Shown in pieces: positions 52,894-64,000 of a DNA stretch of 64,000 nucleotides. This DNA comes from Octopus vulgaris (Eukaryota). Location of the stretch: the NCBI GenBank assembly GCA_951406725.2, contig OX597818.1, forward strand, positions 36,642,001 to 36,706,000. Reading direction: 5' to 3'. The position numbers were made by a program, and so were the translations under genes. Positions within the stretch are counted from its first letter, which is position 1. Each line of letters opens with the position of its first letter. The notes beneath the pieces are model-generated. The model had not been told where the DNA came from. It ran no database searches and was given only the letters and a program-made list of their open reading frames with translations.

Positions 52894-54089
52894 TGTGTGT
52901 ATGTATGTACGTGTGTGTGTGAATGCTATAGATTTCCGTACAATGGTGTGTTTTGAAGGAGATTTAACTGGTATTTCTAGTAGGTCGTACGACCATGCAG
53001 AGGTTAGTTCCTTTGGCTAGCTCAGGTTCTTTTTATAACGCATTTCTTAACGTTCTCTTTCTCTGTTCATTACTCACTCTTCATCTTCTCTTTCCACTCA
53101 ATCTACTTTCCCCCGATCTTGCTCTTAATTCCACCATCATCATAATCACCAACTTCATCTCAATTCCACCATCATCATAATCACCAACTTCATATAAAAA
53201 CCACTTCATTAATTTTAAACATTACACCGAAGTAGTTTAAAGTTGAATCTTTTGGTCGGCTCTTGATGGCTGCTGCAGCTGCTGCTGCTATGGCCACACT
53301 CTCGCCTGTTACTAATCTTCCGGTTTATTAAGACCGCTCTAAGTGTAGCGAATGGGTCAAGGACTTGAGTTGAAGACATCTCAAGAGTCACCTGTCAGTA
53401 TACTGTTTAGTGGTAATTTTTGTGACCAAAAAACACTCCATAAAAGGTCAATGGTACCACTAGAACATAGCTAATAACTTACATTTAAGTTAATATGTCT
53501 GCATGTTAATTATTTTGAAGTTATCTCCCCCTTTTCTTTGGGAATTGCTCGCAACTGTCACTAGAGTTTTGGCTTTTTTTTATTTCAAGTTACAGAAAAA
53601 TTTCACTTCATTGGAGTTTATTTTGTTTTTTTCTTTTGCATACACTTTCAGCGCTTCACCACTTAACTGAATTATCAGTTTTCCAGTTGAGTTGTTTCTC
53701 TTAGTTCAGTCTATATTTTTTGTCAATTATGCAAATCACTACGGTTAAAAGTGTTTGTAACTATTTCCCTGCTTGTAAAATTCGTTGCTGACTGATCTGG
53801 CGAGTATGAAGTGACTAGGTTGATAGGTCTAATGAAACCAAAACATGCCAATAAGAGTCATTGTTGCTAGCAACACGATTCAATTGCGCCTTAAGCATGA
53901 AAACTATTTCCTGTAAAATTAATTCTCAGTTTTAATCACCGTTGCTTGGTTTGCTGTAAATTAATTAATTCTAGCTTGAAGAAAACTTAACCCACGCCAA
54001 TAAAGATAATTTTTGTCGTTACAAATACAAACATCAGTTCTTAGAAGGTTATGGGTGTATAATTTAAACAGAAATGAACTAAGAGAAAA

Positions 54090-54860
54090 GGCGGCGAGCT
54101 TGCAGAAACTTTAGCACGCCGGGCAAAATGCTGAGCGGTATTTCGTCTGCCGTTACGTTCTGAGTTCAAATTCCGCCGAGGTCGACTTTGCCTTTCATCC
54201 TTTCGGGGACGATTAAATAAGTACTAGTTACACACTGGGGTCGATATAATCGATTTAATCCGTTTGTCTGTCCTTGTCTGTCCTCTCTGTGTTTAGCCCC
54301 TTGTGTGTAGTAAAGAAATAGGTATTTCGTTTGCCGCTACGTTCTGAGTTCAAATTCCACCGAGGTCGACTTTGCCTTTCATCCTTTCAGGGTCGATTAA
54401 ATAAGTACCAGTTACGCACTGGGATCGATATAATCGACTTAATCCGTTTGTCTGTCCTTGTTTGTCCCCTCTGTGTTTAGCCCCTGTGGGTAGTAAAGAA
54501 ATAGGTATTTGGTCCGCCGCTACGTTCTGAGTTCAAATTCCACCGAGGTCGACTTTGCCTTTCATCCTTTCGGGGACTATTAAATAAGTACTAGTTACAC
54601 ACTGGGGTCGATATAATCGATTTAATCCGTTTGTCTGTCCTTGTCTGTCCTCTCTGTGTTTAGCCCCTTGTGGGTAGTAAAGAAATAGGTATTTCGTCTG
54701 CCGCTACGTTCTGAGTTCAAATTCCACCGAGGTCGACTTTGCCTTTCATCCTTTCAGGGTCGATTAAATAAGTACCAGTTACGCCCTGAGGTCGATGTAA
54801 TCGGCTTAATCCTTTTGTCTGTCCTTGTTTGTCCCCTCTGTGGCAGTAAAGAAATAAGAA
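54090..54860 (+). mobile_element. SINE family B tetramer (184-bp unit, 367-bp higher-order period)
   Basis: gtcgactttg at 54181, 54365, 54548 and 54732. Confidence 0.92.
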
Positions 54861-55447
54861 ATGACCTAAGAGAAATAACACAGTGGCCAAACGCATATAC
54901 ATGATCATCACTGACCAAGGATTGTACTCAATGACAAAGCCACCATTATTCACCGTAACAGAGGGTATTGAAAGTTGGCATGACTCTCGGAATAACAACA
55001 GTAGTGCCTTCCATGTAGACTCTCGCCTTTGATCTATCAAGTTTCCGATCGCGTGGGTAGAACAATGGCAATAATGTATGAGAATGTACACAAGGGTGGC
55101 CTTGAGGACAAAACAAGGAAGACAAAGACACGAGACATGGCGTCACGTAACCCATTGTAGAATTTTACCAGATGATTTGAACTGATGAAGTTTAGCCAGC
55201 AGAAAGGCGTGTCTTACTAACTGATGACGTCATTCATAACCCAGCTCGGTGTGTTTTCACACATATAGTCTATAAAAAGAATTTCTCTTCAGAGACAGTT
55301 ACCGCAGCGAACGTATTTCTTACGTTTGAGTGAACACAAACGTGTTAAATAAAAAAATATATGCAGCTTTGCTTTGCTCATTGCTGCTTAGTGTAACTTT
55401 AATTAATATATAATATTCAAATTTGATTAATATGTAACGTTGATATT

Positions 55448-55843
55448 CTTTTATTCTTTTATTGTTTCAGTCATTTGACTGCGGCCATGCTGGAGCACCG
55501 CCTTTAGTCGAGCAAATCGACCCCAATACTTATTCTTTGTAAGCCTAGTACTTACTCTATCGATCCAGTTAGCCGAACCGCTAAGTTACGGGGACGTAAA
55601 CACACCAGCATCGGTTGTCAAGCGATGTTGGGGGGGGGACAAACACAGACACAAACATATACACACACATACATATATACGACGGGCTTCTTTCAGTTTC
55701 CGTCTACCAAATCCACTCACGAGGCTTTGGTCGGCCCGAGGTTGTAGTAGAAGACACTTGCCTAAGGTGCCACGCAGTGGGACTGAACCCAGAACCATGT
55801 GGTTCGTAAGCAAGCTACTTACCACATAGCCACTCCTACGCCT
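55448..55843 (-). mobile_element. SINE family A, full length
   Basis: Reverse-complement match. Confidence 0.9.
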
Positions 55844-56524
55844 AGTAGTAACATTTTAAATTATTCAAGAGTGGATTGTACCTTATATAAATGTAGCTGT
55901 GATTATCTTTAACGGGTGAATTAGAGGGAGAGGAACAGCGACTATAACCGTACCCAGGTCCTCTATGACTGGTGTAAGGTATGAAGATCGGCAATTCGAT
56001 CAAGTCCGAATGCTTGCAGCAGTAGGAATCCGGTAAAAACAATCGACTGTTATGTAGTAGTGTTAAACAAAGAGTCCGATTACGTCTGTTACCAAAAGAC
56101 AGGAAAGAGCTACTCTGAAGAGCTTCCGTACAGTTACCACCTACTAAATTCCACACTATATCCATGTCATTCAGTGAGATCGAACTCGAAATGTCGTAAT
56201 TGAAACTAAGCTTCTCAGCACACAGCTGCATCTGTATCCACATTGCAATTAAGTCTGTGAAATACTTAAAATGAAAGGAAAAAAAAAAACGTTAGCAAAA
56301 ACCCATATATGCTCGGATATGACGTAAAATTTTAAGACGAGAAACCTTGGTTATTCATTAATGTTTAGAGAGAGTAAATATATCCTTCATCAATGGTTTA
56401 ACTGAATTCGTGAATATCTTCAACAACTGTTTATATAGTTTTTCAAGAAAAGATTTAATATAATTCCATTTCACTCAGCATAGAAAAGACTATCCTCGAT
56501 ACAGCCGCCATTGCAGTTGCTAAC

Positions 56525-56580
<56 letters not shown>

Positions 56581-56692
56581 CAGCAGCAGCATGAATAGTC
56601 ACATTAATATGGATTTCGTGGTCAGAAGACGATTATGTTGAAAGCACCGACAGCAACGTCACCAGTATATAGTGTGTATGTGTGTGCGTGTA

Positions 56693-56737
<45 letters not shown>

Positions 56738-56830
56738 ATGTGTGAGTATATACACACACACACACATATACATACAGACACACACACACACACACTGACT
56801 GACTGTCAGACAGAAACGGGGAGATAGATT

Positions 56831-56891
<61 letters not shown>

Positions 56892-57265
56892 AACTACACT
56901 GTTCTTCGCCATTTTTTTTATGAAGGCTTTCAGTAGCTCGATTCATCTACTATTAAGCACAGCCTTATATAAGTAACCTCGACTTTTATCTCCACCACTA
57001 CCACCACTACTACCACCAAGCCACCACCACCACCATAATTTCTGCTACAATAGTAACATCAAAACCCTTCACCTCTTCCCCTTTCTACAACATATCAAGC
57101 CCCAGAAGAACCAAACAAGGTAGATCTTTCAAACTCGTAACACACACCAACGCCATGGGCAGCACCACTTAACAACAGATAACCCTTAACTCCGACAACC
57201 GCTGACGATTAAACAAACTCTAACTTCCTGCTTCACAGATCTTCGTGTACGTGTGTGTGTGTGTG

Positions 57266-57315
<50 letters not shown>

Positions 57316-58160
57316 CACATACGCATACACCTATGTAACGCCTGGCTCTCTTTCTTCGACATTTCCTTTGTGACACCTGACCAAGTTTTGTTTTTTGTTT
57401 TGTTTTTTTTTTTATTTTTGCTCTTTAGTCAATTGCTAAATACATCTGACATATTTGTGTCTTTTCCTCACCTGGATGGAACATCAAAAGTTCAAACTTC
57501 CACCGAGCGACGTTTCACAAATCATCCAACTCTCCGGCAGTCGGCCATATCTGTCTATCTGTCTGTCTGTCTATCAGTTTCTCTCCCCCTTCTCACATTT
57601 TCTCTGTCCTTCTTTCTCTCTACCTGTTGACATTTAGTCCTTCGTGCAGCTGCACCACATGCCGAACGACCTCTGACACACGTTAGGTAATTAATACAAG
57701 CGAATACGGAATATGTTTTTGATGGCAATTTATGTGTGGTAGTCTTTCTTTTTTTTTTTTTTTGCTTTTCTTAAATCTAGATTGATAGCAGTATACTGCT
57801 TTGAAACCAGATTCAAATGTTTACGCAATCATTAATTCTTAAAACTGGATTCTTAAAGAATCGGCAGAGAGATGGAGATTGTTATATTTCTTACGGCTCT
57901 TTACCTTTCAGGGCTCAAATTTTACCGAGCCCACCATCTTTCCGAAAATTATGAAATATAAACACCAATCAGCTACTAGAGATGATACACTTGACTAACT
58001 TAGTGCCGTAAATTCCAAGACTGGTGTCTATATTAGAAACAGTTATAGTTCAAGAAGGTTAGATTAGAGAATCGGTAGAGCGTCGGACAAATACTTTTCG
58101 GTGTCTGTTCCATCTCTTTGAGTTCTAAATTCAAATGCCTTCGATATCAATTTTCCCTCT

Positions 58161-58530
58161 CATGCTTCCGGATTCAGTCCCACAGCGTGGCACCTTGGGC
58201 AAGTGTCTTCTACTATAGCCTCCGGCCGATCAAAGCCTTGTCAGTGGATCTGGTAGACAGAAACTGAAAGAAGCCCGTTGCATATTTATATATAAATATA
58301 TATGTGTGTGTGCGTGTGTGTGTTTGTGTGTCTGTGTTTGTTCCCCCCACCAACATCACTTGACAACCGATGGTGGTGTGTATACGCCCCCGTAAATTGG
58401 CGTTTCGGCAAAAGAGACCGATAGAATAAGTACTAGGCTTACAAACAATAAGTCCTGGGTTCGATTTGCTCGACTAAAAGCAATGCTCCAGTATGGCCAC
58501 AGTCAAATGTCTGAAACAAGTAAAAGAGTA
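58161..58530 (+). mobile_element. SINE family A, 5' truncated
   Basis: Matches family A from the B box onward. Confidence 0.88.
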
Positions 58531-58744
58531 TAAATACTTTTGCATTCACATCTCTAGTACCTCTAGTACATTTATTTACCTTCATATAAGTATATATGTA
58601 TGTGTATGCATGTGTATGTATACACACACACATATACATATACACATGTATATATATGTATATATATGTGTGTGTATATGTGTTTATACATGTTATATAT
58701 TGTTACATATAGTTACATACATACATGCATACATACATACATAT

Positions 58745-58799
<55 letters not shown>

Positions 58800-58804
<5 letters not shown>

Positions 58805-58891
58805 TTTATAGAAGGAGCTTCTACGGGACTAGAACTGTTTCATTCAAATGAAACAGTTCTAGTCCTGTAGAAGCTCCTTCTATAAAATAAA
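58800..58891. repeat. Near-perfect hairpin, 45-bp arms and 2-nt loop
   Basis: tttattttatagaaggagcttctacgggactagaactgtttcatt-ca-aatgaaacagttctagtcctgtagaagctccttctataaaataaa; one mismatch. Confidence 0.95.
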
Positions 58892-58979
58892 TTAATTTAC
58901 TCTGCTATGTATTGAGTACCTTATTTACTGTGGTTAACCCCGACTCAACCCGGGACCTACATATATATATATATATAAT

Positions 58980-59682
58980 ACAAGAATGGAACAATAGCAC
59001 GAAACATCCAGACAGTTAGGTGATACAAAAAAGGGACAACATACAGGCAGACGATACAAAGAAAACAAGGACGGGTCATTCGGAGTTTTCTATCCTCAGT
59101 CGAGTTCCAGATTATCTTTGCAATTTCAGCTGGTTATACTCGAGATTGCCCCAATCTTGTCAGCCCCAAGGAAGAACTAAGCTAAGAGCATGCATTAGAT
59201 TCCTTGGAAGCAGCGATGTATACGAAAAGAAGGACGGAAAAAATAACGGAGAAATGTTACACAAATACAAATACAAATAACAGGGCATATCAACAGGTGT
59301 CTTTCGACTAAGGACGTCTTGAATTAAGCTGGCGTGTGTGGAAGAAAAGCCTTACGGCAGGGACCTAGGATTTGAAAGGCACAGAGAGAAATATAGATGT
59401 TGCACGGATGGTAGTCGAACCAAGAAAGGTCAGGTTTGGCCGAACACCGGTCATGTGGGGAGAGAAGAGAGAGAGGTAGAGGCAGAGAGATAGAAGAATT
59501 AAGGAGGGGCGAGAAAAATGAAAGGGACACAATGAAGTGAAGGAGGAGGGAAAGTAAACATAAAGAGAAGGCCAGGAAATGTGAGAGAGGGGGAACGAAA
59601 GAACAAAGAGCGGAATGAATGAAGGGCTGATAGAAAGATGGAAAAAATGAAAGAACAGAAAGAATAATAGAGTCGTACAAAA
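58980..59682 (-). mobile_element. Permuted-hammerhead element, copy B
   Basis: TA-flanked; structured domain at 59078-59218; shares gtctttcgac..aggacg with copy C. Confidence 0.75.
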
Positions 59683-59684
59683 TT

Positions 59685-59715
<31 letters not shown>

Positions 59716-59832
59716 GAATAGTTGAATGAATTATCTTATTATGGATAATTCGGTTAACCGATACCTGGGTAGCAAATTCAAGTCAGAAAAAATTTTGTTA
59801 ATTCGTCGTTCAACTCCATTCTTTCATTTATT

Positions 59833-59923
<91 letters not shown>

Positions 59924-59994
59924 TTACATATAAGAGACCAAAGTGTACGTACGCCGCTATATTTTTGTATATATAAAAATACAAGTTAAATTAG

Positions 59995-60600
59995 TACCCG
60001 GATTGTTGCTATAGTAGCGAAGTTAAAGCCTACAGAGTGAAGTTGCTTGACACAGATTGACCTTGACCTCTGTTGTGCTTGTACACTAAGTTTTAATGTT
60101 CTGGCTCACTTTCACTGTTTACAGCACTGCTTCGAAATAACGTGAGTAGCGCGTGATCATCGCATTGACCATGACAGAGAAAGTTGTCATTGCAACACCT
60201 GCTCAGAGGCCTACGCAAAGTTGCAGAAAGTGTATGGAGAGGAGTGTATGAGTTGCACACAAGTGTATGAGTGGTTCAGACGTTTTGAAGATGGCCGAAC
60301 AAATGTCGATAGTGACGAAAGTTCTGAGAGACCCGCAACCAGCAGAACTGAGAAAACCATCGCAGGTATGCTTGCAGCTATGAAGCGAAATCGTCAAATC
60401 ACCATATGTGAGTTATCAGAGGATGAACAGATTATTTACGGTTCAGTTCAGTCCAATATCAATGAAGATTTGGGTATAAGATGTGTGTCTGCCACGTTTG
60501 TGTCCAGACGGCTTTCAGCTGACCAAAAAGACACTCGGCTTTCAGTGGCACAAGATCATGAATGAGTCGAGAGCGATGAAAATTTTTGAAAACTTTGCGT
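59995..60600 (+). pseudogene. mariner transposase 5' fragment (HTH domains)
   Basis: LQKVYGEECMSCTQVYEWFRRFEDGRTNVDSDESSERPATS...RQITICELS...EDLGIRCVSATFVSRRLSADQK (WVPR-like linker). Confidence 0.88.
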
Positions 60601-60812
60601 AAGCCTCTGGCAATATTTGATACAGAGTCACTGCTCAATGCGAGGAACACACCCTACACACGTTACTTCGAAGCACTGTTGTATACAGCGGAAATGAGCT
60701 AGAGCGTTAAAACTCAGTGCGCATGCACAGCAGAATTGAAGGTCAATCTGTGCTGTGCCAAGCGGCTTTACCCTACATGCTTTAGCTTCGTTACTATGAC
60801 AACAGTCCGGAT

Positions 60813-61030
60813 GCAGAACCGTTAGCACGCCGGGCGAAACGTGTAGCCGTATTTCGTCTGCCGTTACGTTCTGAGTTCAAATTCCGGCGAGGTCGACTTT
60901 GCCATTCATCCTTTCGGGGTCGATAAATTAAGTACCAGTTACGCACTGGTGTCGATGTAATCGACTTAATCCGTTTGTCTGTCCTTGTTTGTCCCCCTCT
61001 ATGTTTAGCCCCTTGTGGGTAGTAAAGAAA
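60813..61030 (+). mobile_element. SINE family B
   Basis: Match from gcagaaccgttagcacg to aaagaaacagg. Confidence 0.9.
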
Positions 61031-61114
61031 CAGGTATATATATATATATACATAGGAAATAGTAACACAACAAGGTACCAATGTTTGCAGGAAAATAATA
61101 CTATTTATTATCTA

Positions 61115-61161
<47 letters not shown>

Positions 61162-61758
61162 TATATATATATACACATATATATATACACATACACACAC
61201 ACATATATGTGTATGTATATGTGTGTGTGTGCGCTTGTGCGTGTGTGTGTGTATATATGTATATATGTACACGCACACACATATACGAGCTTATATGTTT
61301 GTGGGCGTATTAATGTGTGTGCGTTTTACGTTTGTGTGTGCTCTAAAGAGATATCAACATTTAAAATAACCATTTTCGGGGGTTGTTGTACTGACGTCAG
61401 ATCTGTTGTTCAGACATTCTGGTTTCTTTAGACATATTAACGACGATAAGGTAAAAGAGAAAGAGTGTAAGCATATTATATATGAATTAATGATGTGATG
61501 TGTGCGTTGGTCGACATATAAGAAGTGTGTTGGTGTACATGTGTGCTTCAATGTATGTGATGAATAGGCGATATATATATATATGTTTGCGTACCTGTCT
61601 ATGTGCATGTACGGGTGTATATGTGTATATATATACATGTGTGTTTTTGCCTAGAAAACACACACATCATTTATGACGCGGATTTCTTTCCATTCCATTC
61701 TCAGTTTCATTCTTGAAAATCTATGATTTTTCTGCTAGTTTGTCTTAATTTTCAATAC

Positions 61759-61808
61759 CCTCTCTCTCTCTCTTTTTCTCTCTCTTTCTCTCTCTCTCTG
61801 TCTCTCTA

Positions 61809-61839
<31 letters not shown>

Positions 61840-61987
61840 TTCTCTCTCTTTCTCCCTCTCTCTCTCCCCTCTCTCTCTCCTTCTCCTCTTTCTCTCCTCT
61901 CTCTCTCTTTCTCTCCTCTCTCTCTCTCCCCCTCCTCTCTCTCTTTCTCTCCCTTCCTCTCTCTCTCTTTCTCTCCTCTCTCTCTCT

Positions 61988-62035
<48 letters not shown>

Positions 62036-62062
62036 CTCTCTCTCTCTCTCTCCCTCTCTTCT
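61759..62062. repeat. Polypyrimidine (CT)n tract
   Basis: Direct reading; representative of dozens of (TA)n, (TG)n, (GATA)n, (TACA)n, (TAA)n and (CT)n tracts in the window. Confidence 0.95.
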
Positions 62063-62653
62063 CATTCTGTATCATTCACATGTTTTCATCAATCTATCTG
62101 GATTATCTGGGTAGGTTTATCTCAATCTCTCACTTTCGCTACGTCTTCCTTCCTTTCGTTCTTCCTTCTTTTACTCTTTCTTTCTTCATTTCCGTTCTTT
62201 TCATTCCCATTGTTTAAGCGCATCTCTCTCCCGCTCTCACACTCTACCTCCGACCATCCCTTTCCTCTATCTATCTCTCTCTCACTCAATATCCCTTCCT
62301 CCTCACTTTCTCTCCCTCCCCCTCTCTACTTCTCTCTCTCTCTCTCTCCCTCCCTCTCTCCTCCCTCTCTACTTCCCCCCTCTCTCTCTCTTCATATCTT
62401 GATATCTTGATATCTTAGAAATCTCAGATTCGCCACACAAATCACAATTCAGTTTCTCAACCATATTTTCTTTTTCTCTCTCTTTCCCCCTCTCTCTCTC
62501 TCTCTTTCTCCCTCTCTCTCTCTTTCTCTCTGTCTTATTTTCCTCTCACTATTATGTATATATATATATATATATATATAAATGTGACCGCATGTGTACC
62601 GTTGGCGATTTTTTTTCTCCGTCTTCCCTTCTTTGGATCTTTCCTTTTCCTAT

Positions 62654-62688
62654 GTTTCTGAAGAAGAGCTCCACTCGAAACGTTAAAC
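62654..62688 (+). ncRNA. Minimal hammerhead in a small TA-embedded element (62582-62790)
   Basis: gttt-CTGAAGA-a-gag-ctcca-ctc-GAAACGTT-aaac. Confidence 0.72.
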
Positions 62689-62785
62689 CCTTCTTCTTTC
62701 CTTCTTTCCTAGGCGTCCAATAATACTATACTTCTTCCACGTCCTCACGTTGTTGTGTTTTCTCTTTGTGTTTTCATGTTTGGAT

Positions 62786-62860
<75 letters not shown>

Positions 62861-62983
62861 ATCAGTCTTATCATTAAAGGCATGAAATGAAGATTAACTT
62901 TTCGGTTGATAACTGAAGAAGAGTTAGGATCCTTCTGTGCTTGTCCTCCTGTACGTTTTTTAGTATTTAATGCATTTTTCATT

Positions 62984-63020
<37 letters not shown>

Positions 63021-63025
<5 letters not shown>

Positions 63026-63946
63026 TAAACAGTAAAAATAATTACAGACATGGACAAGAACATGAAACGCCACAGAGACGACACAAGAACCACAGGACGG
63101 GACATTCGAAGCCCTCAGTCATCAGTCAAGAACCAGATCATCTTAGCAATTTCGGCTGATTAATCTTGAGATTGCTCCGATATGGGCAGCCCGCCAAGGG
63201 AAATCTAAGCCAAGTGCATTAGATCCCCTGGAAGAAAGCTTCGAATGTATACAACACGAGGACGGAAAACGAACGAAGTACACGAACAAAAATACAGAAT
63301 ACGTGACAACAATAAGAATACAAAAACGTAAAAACAATAACGGTAAAATAAAGTATAAAAAATAAACAACAAAACAAAACCAGGACGTAGGACAAGGGTC
63401 TTTCGACAGGACGAATTGAGTATGGGGCTGGCTTATGAAGTTGTGCCTAATGGCCACAGGGAGACGAACAAGTACGTGTTGCTTCAGCGGCTGCTGGAAC
63501 GAAAAGAGCGCTCAACAGCGGCTAGCGGTCACGTGAGAACAAAAGACAAGAGAAAGGGACAGATGAAAAGAGAGAGAAGGTGGACGAGGGAGGAGAAGAA
63601 AGAGACAGATCGAGGGGGCTGGAGGTGAGAGAGATAGAGAAACGTAGAAGGGGGGGGAAGACGGATGGAGAGGGAAAGAAAGGAGGGGGAATAAGGGAGG
63701 AGAGAGAGAGAGAGAAAGAAAGATTAAGAGTCGTATCAATGCTTGAGAAAAAATATACTTATCGTATAAGGACAAATGTGGATACGTAGCCGCCGATTAT
63801 ATAGGTAAACAGTAAAAATAATTACAGACATGGACAAGAACATGAAACGCCACAGAGACGACACAAGAACCACAGGACGGGACATTCAAGCCCTCAGTCA
63901 TCAGTCAAGAACCAGATCATCTTAGCAATTTCGGCTGATTAATCTT
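63021..63946 (-). mobile_element. Permuted-hammerhead element, copy C: 780-bp unit plus 146-bp terminal direct repeat
   Basis: 63021-63167 is repeated at 63801-63946 (1-bp indel); (TA)n flanks; structured domain at 63102-63248. Confidence 0.85.
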
Positions 63947-64000
63947 TTATATATACAGAGAGAGAGTTAGATAGATAGCTAGATAGATGATAGATAGATA

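Noticed and set aside
54090-54860. CRISPR-like regular array
   Set aside because: The units are 184-bp SINE copies with no unique spacers; eukaryotic context and no cas genes.
54946-55155. RTE-like RT remnant (KARVY...LCYGE)
   Set aside because: The similarity is too short and gapped to support without a search.

Overview
Eukaryotic, AT-rich, microsatellite-saturated non-coding DNA. The SINE families and simple-repeat content point to an octopus/cephalopod genome (inference). No intact host gene, rRNA, true tRNA or CRISPR array is supported; nearly all listed ORFs are microsatellite or SINE artefacts. The window is a mosaic of tRNA-derived SINEs (some in concatemers with fixed junctions), decayed Tc1/mariner and CR1/L2-type fragments, (TAA)n-embedded R4/Dong-like REL-endonuclease retrotransposon fragments, and MITEs. 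It also holds about 15 hammerhead-ribozyme (HHR) motifs in small, mostly (TA)n-embedded Penelope/retrozyme-like elements. The main candidate discovery is a repeat family (minus strand at ~37.3, ~59.1 and ~63.1 kb, plus a partial copy at ~63.9 kb) carrying every hammerhead core nucleotide in a non-circularly permuted, pseudoknotted order, with compensatory changes in the helices. One copy is 5'-truncated 2 nt from the predicted cleavage site and forms a 146-bp terminal redundancy on a 780-bp unit. All structures were read by eye and need covariance-model and cleavage tests.
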